NCBI GenBank assembly: GCA_036267195.1
Contig: DATAWM010000018.1
Coordinates: 2,477-66,476 of the forward strand
Direction: 5' to 3'
Length of the DNA stretch: 64,000 nucleotides
Source of the DNA: Steroidobacteraceae bacterium
GTDB taxonomy: Bacteria > Pseudomonadota > Gammaproteobacteria > Steroidobacterales > Steroidobacteraceae
The translations under genes were made by a program, and so were the position numbers. This document shows positions 29,418 to 37,402 of this stretch, one piece after another (positions within the stretch are counted from its first letter, which is position 1; every line of letters begins with the position of its first letter). Under the pieces are notes generated by a model. The model made no database searches. It saw only the letters and a program-made list of their open reading frames with translations, and was not told the DNA's origin.

Positions 29418-30050
29418 ATGCGCCGCCATTCCGACCGCTACACCATGATGCACCTGTGTCGCTTGACCGCCGTGGCCATCGTCCTCGGCACCGCTGCAGC
29501 GCAGTGCGCGTACGCCGGTGCGATCGATGCTCAGTACTGCGGTGCGGTACCGGCGCTGGGATTCGATCTGCCGCCCAACCATGCGTACACGGGGCGCTAC
29601 GTCAATGCCGTGTACGGCTATGCCGTCACCATCCCGCCGGGTCTGACCGCCTACTCGAGCGCGCAGGGACCGCAGCGCGGCTTCGGCATCGTGCTGTCAT
29701 GGGCGCCACGCGCGTATCTGCGTGTCGATGCCGCCTACGATGCCTTCTACGACATCACCGCCGACGGCGTGCATCTGCGCGACGTGATCGGCGTGCGCCT
29801 GTTCGACACGCTGCTGAGTGATCAGAAGACTGCCGCCGCGCTCGCGGGCGTTGCCGGCGGCCGCTACCAGATGCGCGTGCGCTGCCCCGGCAGCGCGCAG
29901 ATATACGTGCACGACGCTGTCATCGTGATGCGCCGGCGCGAGATCTATCGGCTGGACCTGCAGACCGTGCCGTCGCGCCATGCCAGTGACGTGAAGTGGC
30001 TCGAGGCGATGTTGCCGACGTGGCAGTGGGTGCCGGTGCAGCCGCAGTAG
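29418..30050 (+). CDS. Hypothetical secreted protein
   Basis: Signal peptide LCRLTAVAIVLGTAAAQCAYA. I recognise no family. It is divergent from the kinase gene. Confidence 0.55.
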   Translation: MRRHSDRYTMMHLCRLTAVAIVLGTAAAQCAYAGAIDAQYCGAVPALGFDLPPNHAYTGRYVNAVYGYAVTIPPGLTAYSSAQGPQRGFGIVLSWAPRAYLRVDAAYDAFYDITADGVHLRDVIGVRLFDTLLSDQKTAAALAGVAGGRYQMRVRCPGSAQIYVHDAVIVMRRREIYRLDLQTVPSRHASDVKWLEAMLPTWQWVPVQPQ

Positions 30051-30086
30051 GCGAGCGGCCGCTGCGGCGGCGGGATGCCGCCGGGG

Positions 30087-31664
30087 TCAAGGTGTGCCAA
30101 GGCGCTGTTTGATTCGGTCGGCGACCCGCAGCGCGTTGGCGATGATGGTCAGGGTCGGGTTGACGGCGCCGATCGACGGAAAGAAGCTGGCGTCGGCGAC
30201 GTACAGGTTGTCGAGGTCGTGGGTCTTGCAGTCCAGGTCGAGCACCGAGGCGGCCGGATCGGCGCCGAAGCGCGCGGTGCCGGCCTGGTGCGCGGTGCCG
30301 CCGATGGGGATGTTCTTGCCCAGGTACAGACTGCGTTCCATCGGCTTGGTGTGCGGGCCGGCTGCCTCGAGGATTTTCTCCAGCTTCTTCCTCAGGCGCT
30401 GATGCGCCTCCAGGTTGTTCTCGGTGAGGTCGAGCACCACGCGGCCGCCGTCGTAATAGATGCGGTTCTCGGGGCGCGGCAGGTCCTCGCTGGAGAGCCA
30501 GAAATCCAGCGAGTGGCGCGCCATCACGTCGAACGGCAGCTTCGGCGCCCATTCCAGCCACTCGGGCAGCGCCTCGCCGCGGATCTGCGCGCCGTGCGAG
30601 GTCGCGCACATCTGGATCAGCCCGAGCGGGTATTCCCAATCATCGGCGCGGAAATAATAATCGCTCACCGCCAGGGTCTTCTGGAATACGGTCTCGTTCG
30701 GCTCGCGCAGCAGCGCCATCAGGATCGACTGATTGTGCCGCATGTAGTTGCGGCCGAGCTGCCCGGAGCGGTTACCGAGGCCGTGCGGGTGCTTGTCATT
30801 GGCCGACCGCAGCAGCAGCAGCGCCGAGGACAGCGCGCCGCAGGCCACCACCACGATGTCTGCCGTGTAGCGCTCGCGCTGGTGGTTGCGGGTCACGTTG
30901 ACGGCGTTGACCGCGGTGCCCTGGGCATTGGTCTGCAGCGTGGTGGCACAGGCGCCGGTCAGCAGCGTGACGTTCGGGTGCGCGGCCAGCGTCGGATCCA
31001 CGCAGATGACCTGCGCATCCGCCTTGCCGTTGAGCAGGCACGGGAAGCCGTCAAAGGCGTCGCAGCGGATGCAGATGCTGGTGGGAGTGGGCTTGCCGGC
31101 CTTCTCATCCAGCAGGATGCCCAGTGGCAGATGAAACGGGTGCAGGCCCGAGCCAATGAGGTTGTCGCTCAGTGCCTGGATGCGCGGCTCGTGCGATACC
31201 GCCGGATAGGGAAACGGGCCGCTGCTGGGCGGCTCGGTCGGGTCCTCCCCGCGCTGTCCGTGCACGTGGAACAGCCGCTCGGCCTCGGCGTAGTACGGTT
31301 CGAAGTCGGCATAGCCGAGCGGCCAGGCCGGCGAGATGCCGTCCTTGTGGCAAATCTGCCCGAAGTCGCGCTCGCGCAGGCGCAGCAGCGCGGCGCCGTA
31401 GACCTTGGAGTTGCCGCCGACGTAGTAGTGCAGCCCGGGGTGAAAGCCGCGGCCGTCGCCGCCGTACCAGGTTTCCCTGGCCTGGTAGGCGGCATCGACG
31501 AATACGGTCTGCGAATCCCAATTCGCCGTCGAGCGGGGCAGGTAGTCGCCGCGCTCGAGCAGCAGGATGCGCTTGCCGGTCGGGGCCAGCCGGTGGGTGA
31601 GCGCTGCCCCGCCCGGTCCGCTCCCGATGACGATCAGATCGTAATGGCCGTCCGGCATATGCAA
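30087..31664 (-). CDS. GMC family oxidoreductase
   Basis: FAD motif YDLIVIGSGPGGAALTHRL. The C-terminal GMC region reads HQAGTARFG...DASFFPS. Confidence 0.9.
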   Translation of the reverse strand: MHMPDGHYDLIVIGSGPGGAALTHRLAPTGKRILLLERGDYLPRSTANWDSQTVFVDAAYQARETWYGGDGRGFHPGLHYYVGGNSKVYGAALLRLRERDFGQICHKDGISPAWPLGYADFEPYYAEAERLFHVHGQRGEDPTEPPSSGPFPYPAVSHEPRIQALSDNLIGSGLHPFHLPLGILLDEKAGKPTPTSICIRCDAFDGFPCLLNGKADAQVICVDPTLAAHPNVTLLTGACATTLQTNAQGTAVNAVNVTRNHQRERYTADIVVVACGALSSALLLLRSANDKHPHGLGNRSGQLGRNYMRHNQSILMALLREPNETVFQKTLAVSDYYFRADDWEYPLGLIQMCATSHGAQIRGEALPEWLEWAPKLPFDVMARHSLDFWLSSEDLPRPENRIYYDGGRVVLDLTENNLEAHQRLRKKLEKILEAAGPHTKPMERSLYLGKNIPIGGTAHQAGTARFGADPAASVLDLDCKTHDLDNLYVADASFFPSIGAVNPTLTIIANALRVADRIKQRLGTP

Positions 31665-31713
31665 CTCCTGATCTCGCGCGCCTCGCGCCTCACGCCCGCA
31701 GCGCCGCCGGCCG

Positions 31714-32607
31714 TCAGCCGCCGGTCGCGAAACCGGGGTACAACGTCATGCCGCCGTCGATGAACAGCGTCGTGCCCACCACGTAGTCGGATTGATCCGA
31801 GGCCAGCCACACGGCGGCACGGGCGATGTCCTCCGGCTCGCCGATGCGACCGTAGGGAATCAGCGTCATCAGCGCGGCATAGGCCTGCGGCGTATTCCAG
31901 GCCGAGGTATTGATCGGCGTGCGGATCGCGCCGGGAGCGATGCCGTTCACGCGGATGTGATGCGGCGCCATCTCCTGCGCCAGGCTTTCCATCATCAGCT
32001 TGATCGCGCCCTTGGAGCTGGCGTAGTTGGGATGGCCGGCCCACGGGATCTCCTGGTGCACCGAGCTCATGCAGATGATCTTGCCGGCCGCGCACGACAC
32101 CGCTGGCACCACTCCGCGCCGCATGAATTCGCGGATCGCCGCGCGCGCGCACAGGAACTGCCCGGTGAGATTCACGTTGAGCACCGTGTTCCACTGTGTG
32201 AGCGTCATGCTCGCGAACGGCGCGTCGCGCTGCAGGCCGGCGTTGTTCACCAGGATGTCGATGGTGCCGAACTGCTCGAGCATGCGCGCGAACATGTTCT
32301 GCACCTCGATTTCGGAGGACACGTCCGCCTTGTACGCGAACGCCTGCACGCCGCTGCGACGGATCTCCTGCACCACCGCGTCGGCGGCCTCATCGCCGGC
32401 GACGTAGTTGACGACCACATCGGCGCCGGCCTGTCCCAGGCCGATGGCGACCCCGCGGCCGATGCCGGAGTTCGCGCCGGTGACCAGCGCCTTCTGCCCG
32501 GCCAGCGAGGGGTGAACCGGAACCGGGGGAGCGGTATGCGCGGGGACGCTCGCCGTGGTCGATGTCGCTGTGGTCGATGTCGCTGTGGTCACGTCGGTAC
32601 TCCTCAT
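31714..32607 (-). CDS. SDR family oxidoreductase (glucose 1-dehydrogenase-like)
   Basis: TGANSGIGRG, NNAG and YASSKGA motifs. An alternative start is GTG 32592, preceded by AGGAG. The N-terminus contains a TSTTA repeat. Confidence 0.9.
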   Translation of the reverse strand: MRSTDVTTATSTTATSTTASVPAHTAPPVPVHPSLAGQKALVTGANSGIGRGVAIGLGQAGADVVVNYVAGDEAADAVVQEIRRSGVQAFAYKADVSSEIEVQNMFARMLEQFGTIDILVNNAGLQRDAPFASMTLTQWNTVLNVNLTGQFLCARAAIREFMRRGVVPAVSCAAGKIICMSSVHQEIPWAGHPNYASSKGAIKLMMESLAQEMAPHHIRVNGIAPGAIRTPINTSAWNTPQAYAALMTLIPYGRIGEPEDIARAAVWLASDQSDYVVGTTLFIDGGMTLYPGFATGG

Positions 32608-32782
32608 ATAGGACGGATGGGCTTCAGCGCGGATGGCAGGGCGGTTACACTCGCCATCAATGTTGCCAGAGCCGGCCCGGCGTCCACAATGTATCCTGAT
32701 CTGATATCAGCGCGTTACCTGATGGCGCCCGGCAATGGTGCCCGCCTGACATCGCCGGGTAACCCGCGACAGGAGTGAGGCA

Positions 32783-33262
32783 TTGCTCAGTACGCTGATC
32801 GTGGTCGTGGTGCGCTGCCTGCTGGTGCTGTTGTTCCTGCCGTTCAGCGCGCTCGACAAGCTGCTGAACTTCAATCAGGCGGTAGGCCAGGCTGCGCAGG
32901 CAACCGCGTCACGCACGCTGGCGCAGTGGTTGATAGTATGCGGCTTCGGTGTCGAGGTGCTGATGTCGCTGGCGATCCTCACCGGGATTGCCGACCGGCT
33001 CGCTGCGCTGATCCTCGCGCTCTACTGCATCCTCACCGCGCTGTTGTGGAAGCAGTTCTGGAGGGCGCCGGACTTTCGCCTCAGGGGCGAGAGCCGGGGC
33101 CGCGAGCTGTTCTGGGATTTCCTGAAGAACCTGGCGCTCGCGGGCGGTTTCCTGGTGCTCGCCGCCGGCACCGACGCGGCCGCGGTGCGCCACTTCTGGC
33201 ACGACCCGCTGGGCTCCTCCCATCCCTATGCCAGCGCCCTGGCGGCAGGAGGCACGCGATGA
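32783..33262 (+). CDS. DoxX family membrane protein
   Basis: Four hydrophobic helices with a DoxX-like pattern (LLFLPFSALDKLLNF). TTG start preceded by AGGAG. Confidence 0.75.
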   Translation: MLSTLIVVVVRCLLVLLFLPFSALDKLLNFNQAVGQAAQATASRTLAQWLIVCGFGVEVLMSLAILTGIADRLAALILALYCILTALLWKQFWRAPDFRLRGESRGRELFWDFLKNLALAGGFLVLAAGTDAAAVRHFWHDPLGSSHPYASALAAGGTR

Positions 33263-33702
33263 GCGATCAACCGACGGTGCCTTATTGGCACCTGTGGACC
33301 GATGCGGACGGCGTCAGCCGGCAGCGGCGCTGTGCGATGAGTGAGTTCGAGCTGCAGTCCATCCAACCGTCCGCGCAGCCGCAATGGCAGGGACGACGAA
33401 CCCGCGGCGCGATGACGCTGCTGTTCACCGTGCTGCCGGTCGGCTGGGTCGGAGACTGGCACGAGAATCCCCGGCCGCAGTGGATCGTGCCGCTGTCGGG
33501 ACGCTGGTTCGTCGAATCGATGGATGGCGCCCGAACGGAAATGGGCTGCGGAGAGATCTCCTTCGGCGCCGATCAGGGCTGCCGCGAGCAGGACGGGCGG
33601 CGCGGCCACCGCGCCGGTACCCTCGGTGATGAGCCCGCAGTGCTGATGCTGGTGCAGCTGCAGGACGCCGACGTGCCACCCTCGCCCTGCGCCTGGCGGT
33701 GA
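33259..33702 (+). CDS. Cupin domain protein
   Basis: ATG 33259 overlaps the doxX stop (ATGA) and follows a GGAGG RBS. The beta-rich sequence has a WHENPRPQWIVPLSGRW motif resembling small cupins. Confidence 0.65.
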   Translation: MSDQPTVPYWHLWTDADGVSRQRRCAMSEFELQSIQPSAQPQWQGRRTRGAMTLLFTVLPVGWVGDWHENPRPQWIVPLSGRWFVESMDGARTEMGCGEISFGADQGCREQDGRRGHRAGTLGDEPAVLMLVQLQDADVPPSPCAWR

Positions 33703-34611
33703 GTGTCGATGCACGGCGTGGAAATCCGCGATCCGCGTTTCGCGCATTATGTGCTCGAGAACGCACCGCTCGAGCAGCTGGCCGACGGCTTTCGCTGGAT
33801 CGAGGGGCTGGTGTGGATGGGCGATGCCGGCTGTCTGCTGTTCCAGGATCTGCCCCGCGACCGCACCATGCGCTGGATCGAAGAGATCGGTGTGTCGGTG
33901 TACCGCGCCCCGTCCGGTTATGCGAACGGGCAGACGCGCGACCGCCAGGGACGGCTGATCAGCTGTTCGCACCGCGAGCGTTGCCTGTTTCGCACCGAGC
34001 TCGACGGCAGCGTGACGCGCCTGGTCGACCGGCACGACGGCCGTCGCCTGAACTCCCCCAACGACGTCACGGTGAAATCCGACGGCACGATCTGGTTCAC
34101 CGATCCGCTCTATGGCATCCAGACCGATTACGAGGGCGGCCGTCAGGTCTCCGAGCAGTCGCCGGCAGTCTATCGTTTCGAGCCGGACAGCGGGCGCATC
34201 CGCGTCGTAGCCGGCGACTTCGACGGCCCGAATGGCCTGGCGTTCTCGCCCGATGAGCGCCGCCTGTACATCGCCGAGACCGGTGATCAGACCAGCGAGC
34301 AGCCCAGGCAGTACATCCGCGTGTTCGATGTCGGCGCCGACGGGCATCTGAGCGGCGGCGAGGTGTTCCACAAGATCGAGCCCGGCTATGCGGATGGAAT
34401 CTGCGTCGATGAGGATGGCAATCTGTGGTCGAGCGCGGCCGACGGTGTCCATTGCATCGATCCGAACGGACGGCTGCTCGGCAAGGTGCTGGTACCACAC
34501 CGCGTCTCGAACCTCACCTTTGGTGGCGCGGCCAGGAATCGGCTGTTCATTGGCGGCTCGCATACGTTGTACGCGATCTTCCTGAACCGCCGCGGTGTGC
34601 GATGGCCGTAG
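33703..34611 (+). CDS. SMP-30/gluconolactonase/LRE family protein
   Basis: EGLVW...LLFQDLP...NSPNDVTVKSDGTIWFTDP...GPNGLAFSPDE...PDGICVDEDGNLW six-blade propeller motifs. The start could be GTG 33703 or ATG 33709. Confidence 0.9.
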   Translation: MSMHGVEIRDPRFAHYVLENAPLEQLADGFRWIEGLVWMGDAGCLLFQDLPRDRTMRWIEEIGVSVYRAPSGYANGQTRDRQGRLISCSHRERCLFRTELDGSVTRLVDRHDGRRLNSPNDVTVKSDGTIWFTDPLYGIQTDYEGGRQVSEQSPAVYRFEPDSGRIRVVAGDFDGPNGLAFSPDERRLYIAETGDQTSEQPRQYIRVFDVGADGHLSGGEVFHKIEPGYADGICVDEDGNLWSSAADGVHCIDPNGRLLGKVLVPHRVSNLTFGGAARNRLFIGGSHTLYAIFLNRRGVRWP

Positions 34612-35474
34612 CGGCCGCACCGTCCGCGCTGGTGCGGCGCCTGCGCTGCTTGAGCCTCACCAGCGCCGATGTCGCCGGGCTGGCCGCCTTCTATCAGCGC
34701 GCGTTCGGCTTCCGGCAGCTCGCCGCCGGGCGGCGCGGCGGCCCCGAGTTCGAGCGCCTGATGGGCGTGAGTGCAGGGGCGCAGTGCCGCGTGCTGGCCC
34801 TCGGGCGTGAATCGATCGAGCTGCTGCAGTTCGACCGCGCCGGCGCACCGTATCCGGCCGGCAGTGCAGCATCGGATCTGGTCTTTCAGCACTTCGCCAT
34901 CGTCGTCAACGACATGACGCGGGCATTTGAGCGGCTGTCGGCGATCGAGGGCTGGACCGCCATATCGAGGCAGGGACCGCAGCATCTGCCCGAGAGCTCC
35001 GGCGGCGTCACCGCGTACAAATTTCGTGACCCGGAAGGCCATCCGCTCGAACTGCTGGCCTTTCCGGCGGCGGCGACGCCGCCGCGGTGGCGTGGCCTGC
35101 CCGCCGGGGAGCCGTGCCTGGGGATCGATCATTCCGCGGTCAGCGTCGCTGACAGCGCCCGCAGCATCGCCTTTTACGCAGCATTGGGCTTGCAGCGCTC
35201 GGCCCACTCGCTCAACAGCGGCGCTGCGCAGCAGCGCCTCGATGACGTGAGCGAGGCGCAGGTGCAGGTCACGGCGCTGACGCCGCCCGAGCCGGCGCCG
35301 CATCTGGAATTGCTGTGCTACCGCGCGGCGCGGCGCGATGCGGGCACCGCGCTGTGCAGCAACGACATCGCTGCAACGCGCCTGGTGTTCGAGAGCGAGA
35401 GCGTGGCGCGAGGTGCCGCATCCGCGCCACGCCGCCTGCTCGATCCGGATCATCACCAGCTGCTGATCGAGTAG
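34602..35474 (+). CDS. VOC (glyoxalase/bleomycin-resistance/dioxygenase) family protein, two-module
   Basis: Two repeats of the VOC pattern (FQHFAIVVND...FRDPEGHPLEL; IDHSAVSVAD...). ATG 34602 overlaps the 3' end of the lactonase gene. Confidence 0.75.
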   Translation: MAVAAAPSALVRRLRCLSLTSADVAGLAAFYQRAFGFRQLAAGRRGGPEFERLMGVSAGAQCRVLALGRESIELLQFDRAGAPYPAGSAASDLVFQHFAIVVNDMTRAFERLSAIEGWTAISRQGPQHLPESSGGVTAYKFRDPEGHPLELLAFPAAATPPRWRGLPAGEPCLGIDHSAVSVADSARSIAFYAALGLQRSAHSLNSGAAQQRLDDVSEAQVQVTALTPPEPAPHLELLCYRAARRDAGTALCSNDIAATRLVFESESVARGAASAPRRLLDPDHHQLLIE

Positions 35475-35686
35475 TGGCGCGCCGCTCGGCGGTGGCGGTG
35501 GCGTTGGCGCACTGCTGCGCGCTGCTGGTTGAGCAAATATCTCCGTTCGGCGTCGAAGAAAATTCGCAGTGCACGGCTACGGCATCGCGACACCCGTGCG
35601 ACCACGCGCGTGCGGCGAGCGCCATCGCCGCGTGATTGGCGCTGGATCGTCGCTCGATGACAGTAATGGCGCCGCCGAGCCACGGC

Positions 35687-35701
35687 GGCACATGTATTGC
35701 A
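35687..35701 (+). promoter_or_regulatory. Candidate sigma-54 (-24/-12) promoter upstream of the KGG protein gene
   Basis: GGCAC-ATGTA-TTGCA fits TGGCAC-N5-TTGCW (GG-N10-GC spacing). It lies about 30 nt upstream of ATG 35732. This is a pattern match only. Confidence 0.35.
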
Positions 35702-35731
35702 CCTGTCTGCGCAGGGTCAACACAGGAGCAA

Positions 35732-36022
35732 ATGATGGCTAACACGAGCAGCGGGCACAGCTCTGGCGATACTTCCAAGCGCGGCTTCGCCTCGATGGAT
35801 GAGGAACAGCAGCGCGAGATTGCCAGCAAGGGCGGACACGCCCAAGGGCGTGAGAACAATCCCGGTAACTTCGCCAACGACCCGGAGAGGGCAGCCGAAG
35901 CCGGACGCAAGGGTGGAGAGGCCCAGGGTCGCGACAACAACCCCGGCAATTTCGCCAACGACCGCGAGAAGGCGGCCGAAGCCGGCCGCCACGGCGGACA
36001 GGCGCGCGGCGACAATCGCTGA
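35732..36022 (+). CDS. KGG-repeat general stress protein (YciG-like)
   Basis: Three repeats of the GG.AQG..NNPGNFAND.E.AAEAGRKGG type. An AGGAG RBS precedes the ATG. Confidence 0.85.
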   Translation: MMANTSSGHSSGDTSKRGFASMDEEQQREIASKGGHAQGRENNPGNFANDPERAAEAGRKGGEAQGRDNNPGNFANDREKAAEAGRHGGQARGDNR

Positions 36023-36049
36023 GCGTTGAGCGCCGTTGAGGACTACGGT

Positions 36050-36074
36050 GGCGGGGCGGCAGTGCCGCCCCGCC
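36050..36074 (+). terminator. GC-rich hairpin after the KGG gene (terminator-like, no U-tract)
   Basis: GGCGGGGCGGC-AGT-GCCGCCCCGCC, an 11-bp perfect stem. Confidence 0.4.
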
Positions 36075-36528
36075 GCCGCTTGAGGGGCGGGGACCAGCGC
36101 AGGCGTGATCGCCACGGGCATGCTCGCCGCATTTGCCGGCCGGGTGCGGCTGTACACCGAGCTGGATCGGCAGCTCGCCGCGCACACGCGCTTCGTCGGC
36201 GCAGCGGCGCTGACCAACGCGGCGCTGGCCGCGCTGCTATCGCGCGCGCGGCCGCGCCTGCGTATCGGCGGCCACGGCCGGCTTCCTCGCGCATCTCGGC
36301 CGTCATAGCAGGAAGTCAACCTCGCGCACGCACGCGAGCTACAGCGCCAGCCGTGCAGTGGCATCGGGTTGCCGGCCGGGCGTGTCGAGCTCGACCATGC
36401 AATGGTGTCGATGGAGCGGTCCGAGGTGCAGCGGCTGCTGGAACGGCTGCGCTCGGGCAAGCCTGCGGCGCGCGCACCGCGCCCATGGACGCCGGCGTGC
36501 GCTCCGTGCCCGCTGGCTGGAGCAGGCC

Positions 36529-37326
36529 TTACTGCTTGGCGGTGCCGGGCCCGGCCATCTTGCGATGCATTTCGGCCAGCATGCCCTCCGGGGCGATGGC
36601 GGACGCGGCGGCGCGCAGCTTGTTGGACAGGCCATGCACCACGCTGAGCTCGCCGCGCTTCATCGCGTCGTAGCCGGTCCTGGCGACCTCGGTGGCATCG
36701 GCCTTGCTGTCGTCCGCACCGACCTTGGTGTCGGTCATGCCGGCACGCTCGAAGAACGGCGTATCGGTCGCGCCCGGCATCAGGCAGGTGACGCTCACGC
36801 CGCTGTCCTTCAGCTCGTTGCTCAGCGCGACCGAGAAGGAATCGAGGAAGGCCTTGGTGCCGTTGTACACCGCCTGGAAGGTACCGGGCATCAACCCGGC
36901 GATCGAGCCGGTGATCAGGATGCGGCCCTGGCCGCGGTCGCGCATCGTGCGTCCCACCCGATAGATGAGATAGATGGTCCCATCGATGTTGGTGTGCGCC
37001 ACCTTGAGCGCCTGGTTGATGTCCTGGTCCAGGAAGCCATGACCGAGGCCGCGGCCCGCATTGGCGATCAGCATGTCGACGGGTCTGCCGTCGCGCATGA
37101 TTGCATCGCACAACTCGTCCACACCCTGCGTGGTCGACAGATCGCATTGCACGGGAGTCACCCCGGCGCCGCCGGCGCTCAGATCCCCGGCGGCATCGGC
37201 GATGGCCGGCTCGTCGGCTGCAATGATCAGGTCGTGATCGTCCTGGGCGCACAAGCGCGCCAGCTCCAGCCCGATGCCGCTGGAGGCACCTGTGACAACC
37301 GCCAGTTTACGTGTATCGCTTTTCAT
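36529..37326 (-). CDS. SDR family oxidoreductase
   Basis: VTGASSGIGLE, NAG and YNGTKAF motifs. Start at ATG 37326 (MKSDTRKLAVVTG). Confidence 0.9.
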   Translation of the reverse strand: MKSDTRKLAVVTGASSGIGLELARLCAQDDHDLIIAADEPAIADAAGDLSAGGAGVTPVQCDLSTTQGVDELCDAIMRDGRPVDMLIANAGRGLGHGFLDQDINQALKVAHTNIDGTIYLIYRVGRTMRDRGQGRILITGSIAGLMPGTFQAVYNGTKAFLDSFSVALSNELKDSGVSVTCLMPGATDTPFFERAGMTDTKVGADDSKADATEVARTGYDAMKRGELSVVHGLSNKLRAAASAIAPEGMLAEMHRKMAGPGTAKQ

Positions 37327-37402
37327 GGGCGTCCTCGCTTGGCATCCGCTGCGTGTGCGCGCGACCATACGGAAGGAAGCCGGGGCGCGCGCATCGGATC
37401 GG

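Noticed and set aside
30075-31763. 562-aa plus-strand ORF.
   Set aside because: It is antisense to the GMC oxidoreductase, which has a clear FAD motif.
33226-34620. 464-aa minus-strand ORF.
   Set aside because: It is antisense to the cupin and gluconolactonase genes.
35717-37252. 511-aa minus-strand ORF.
   Set aside because: It overlaps the KGG gene in antisense and the SDR gene out of frame. It is Arg/Gly-rich with no recognisable domain.
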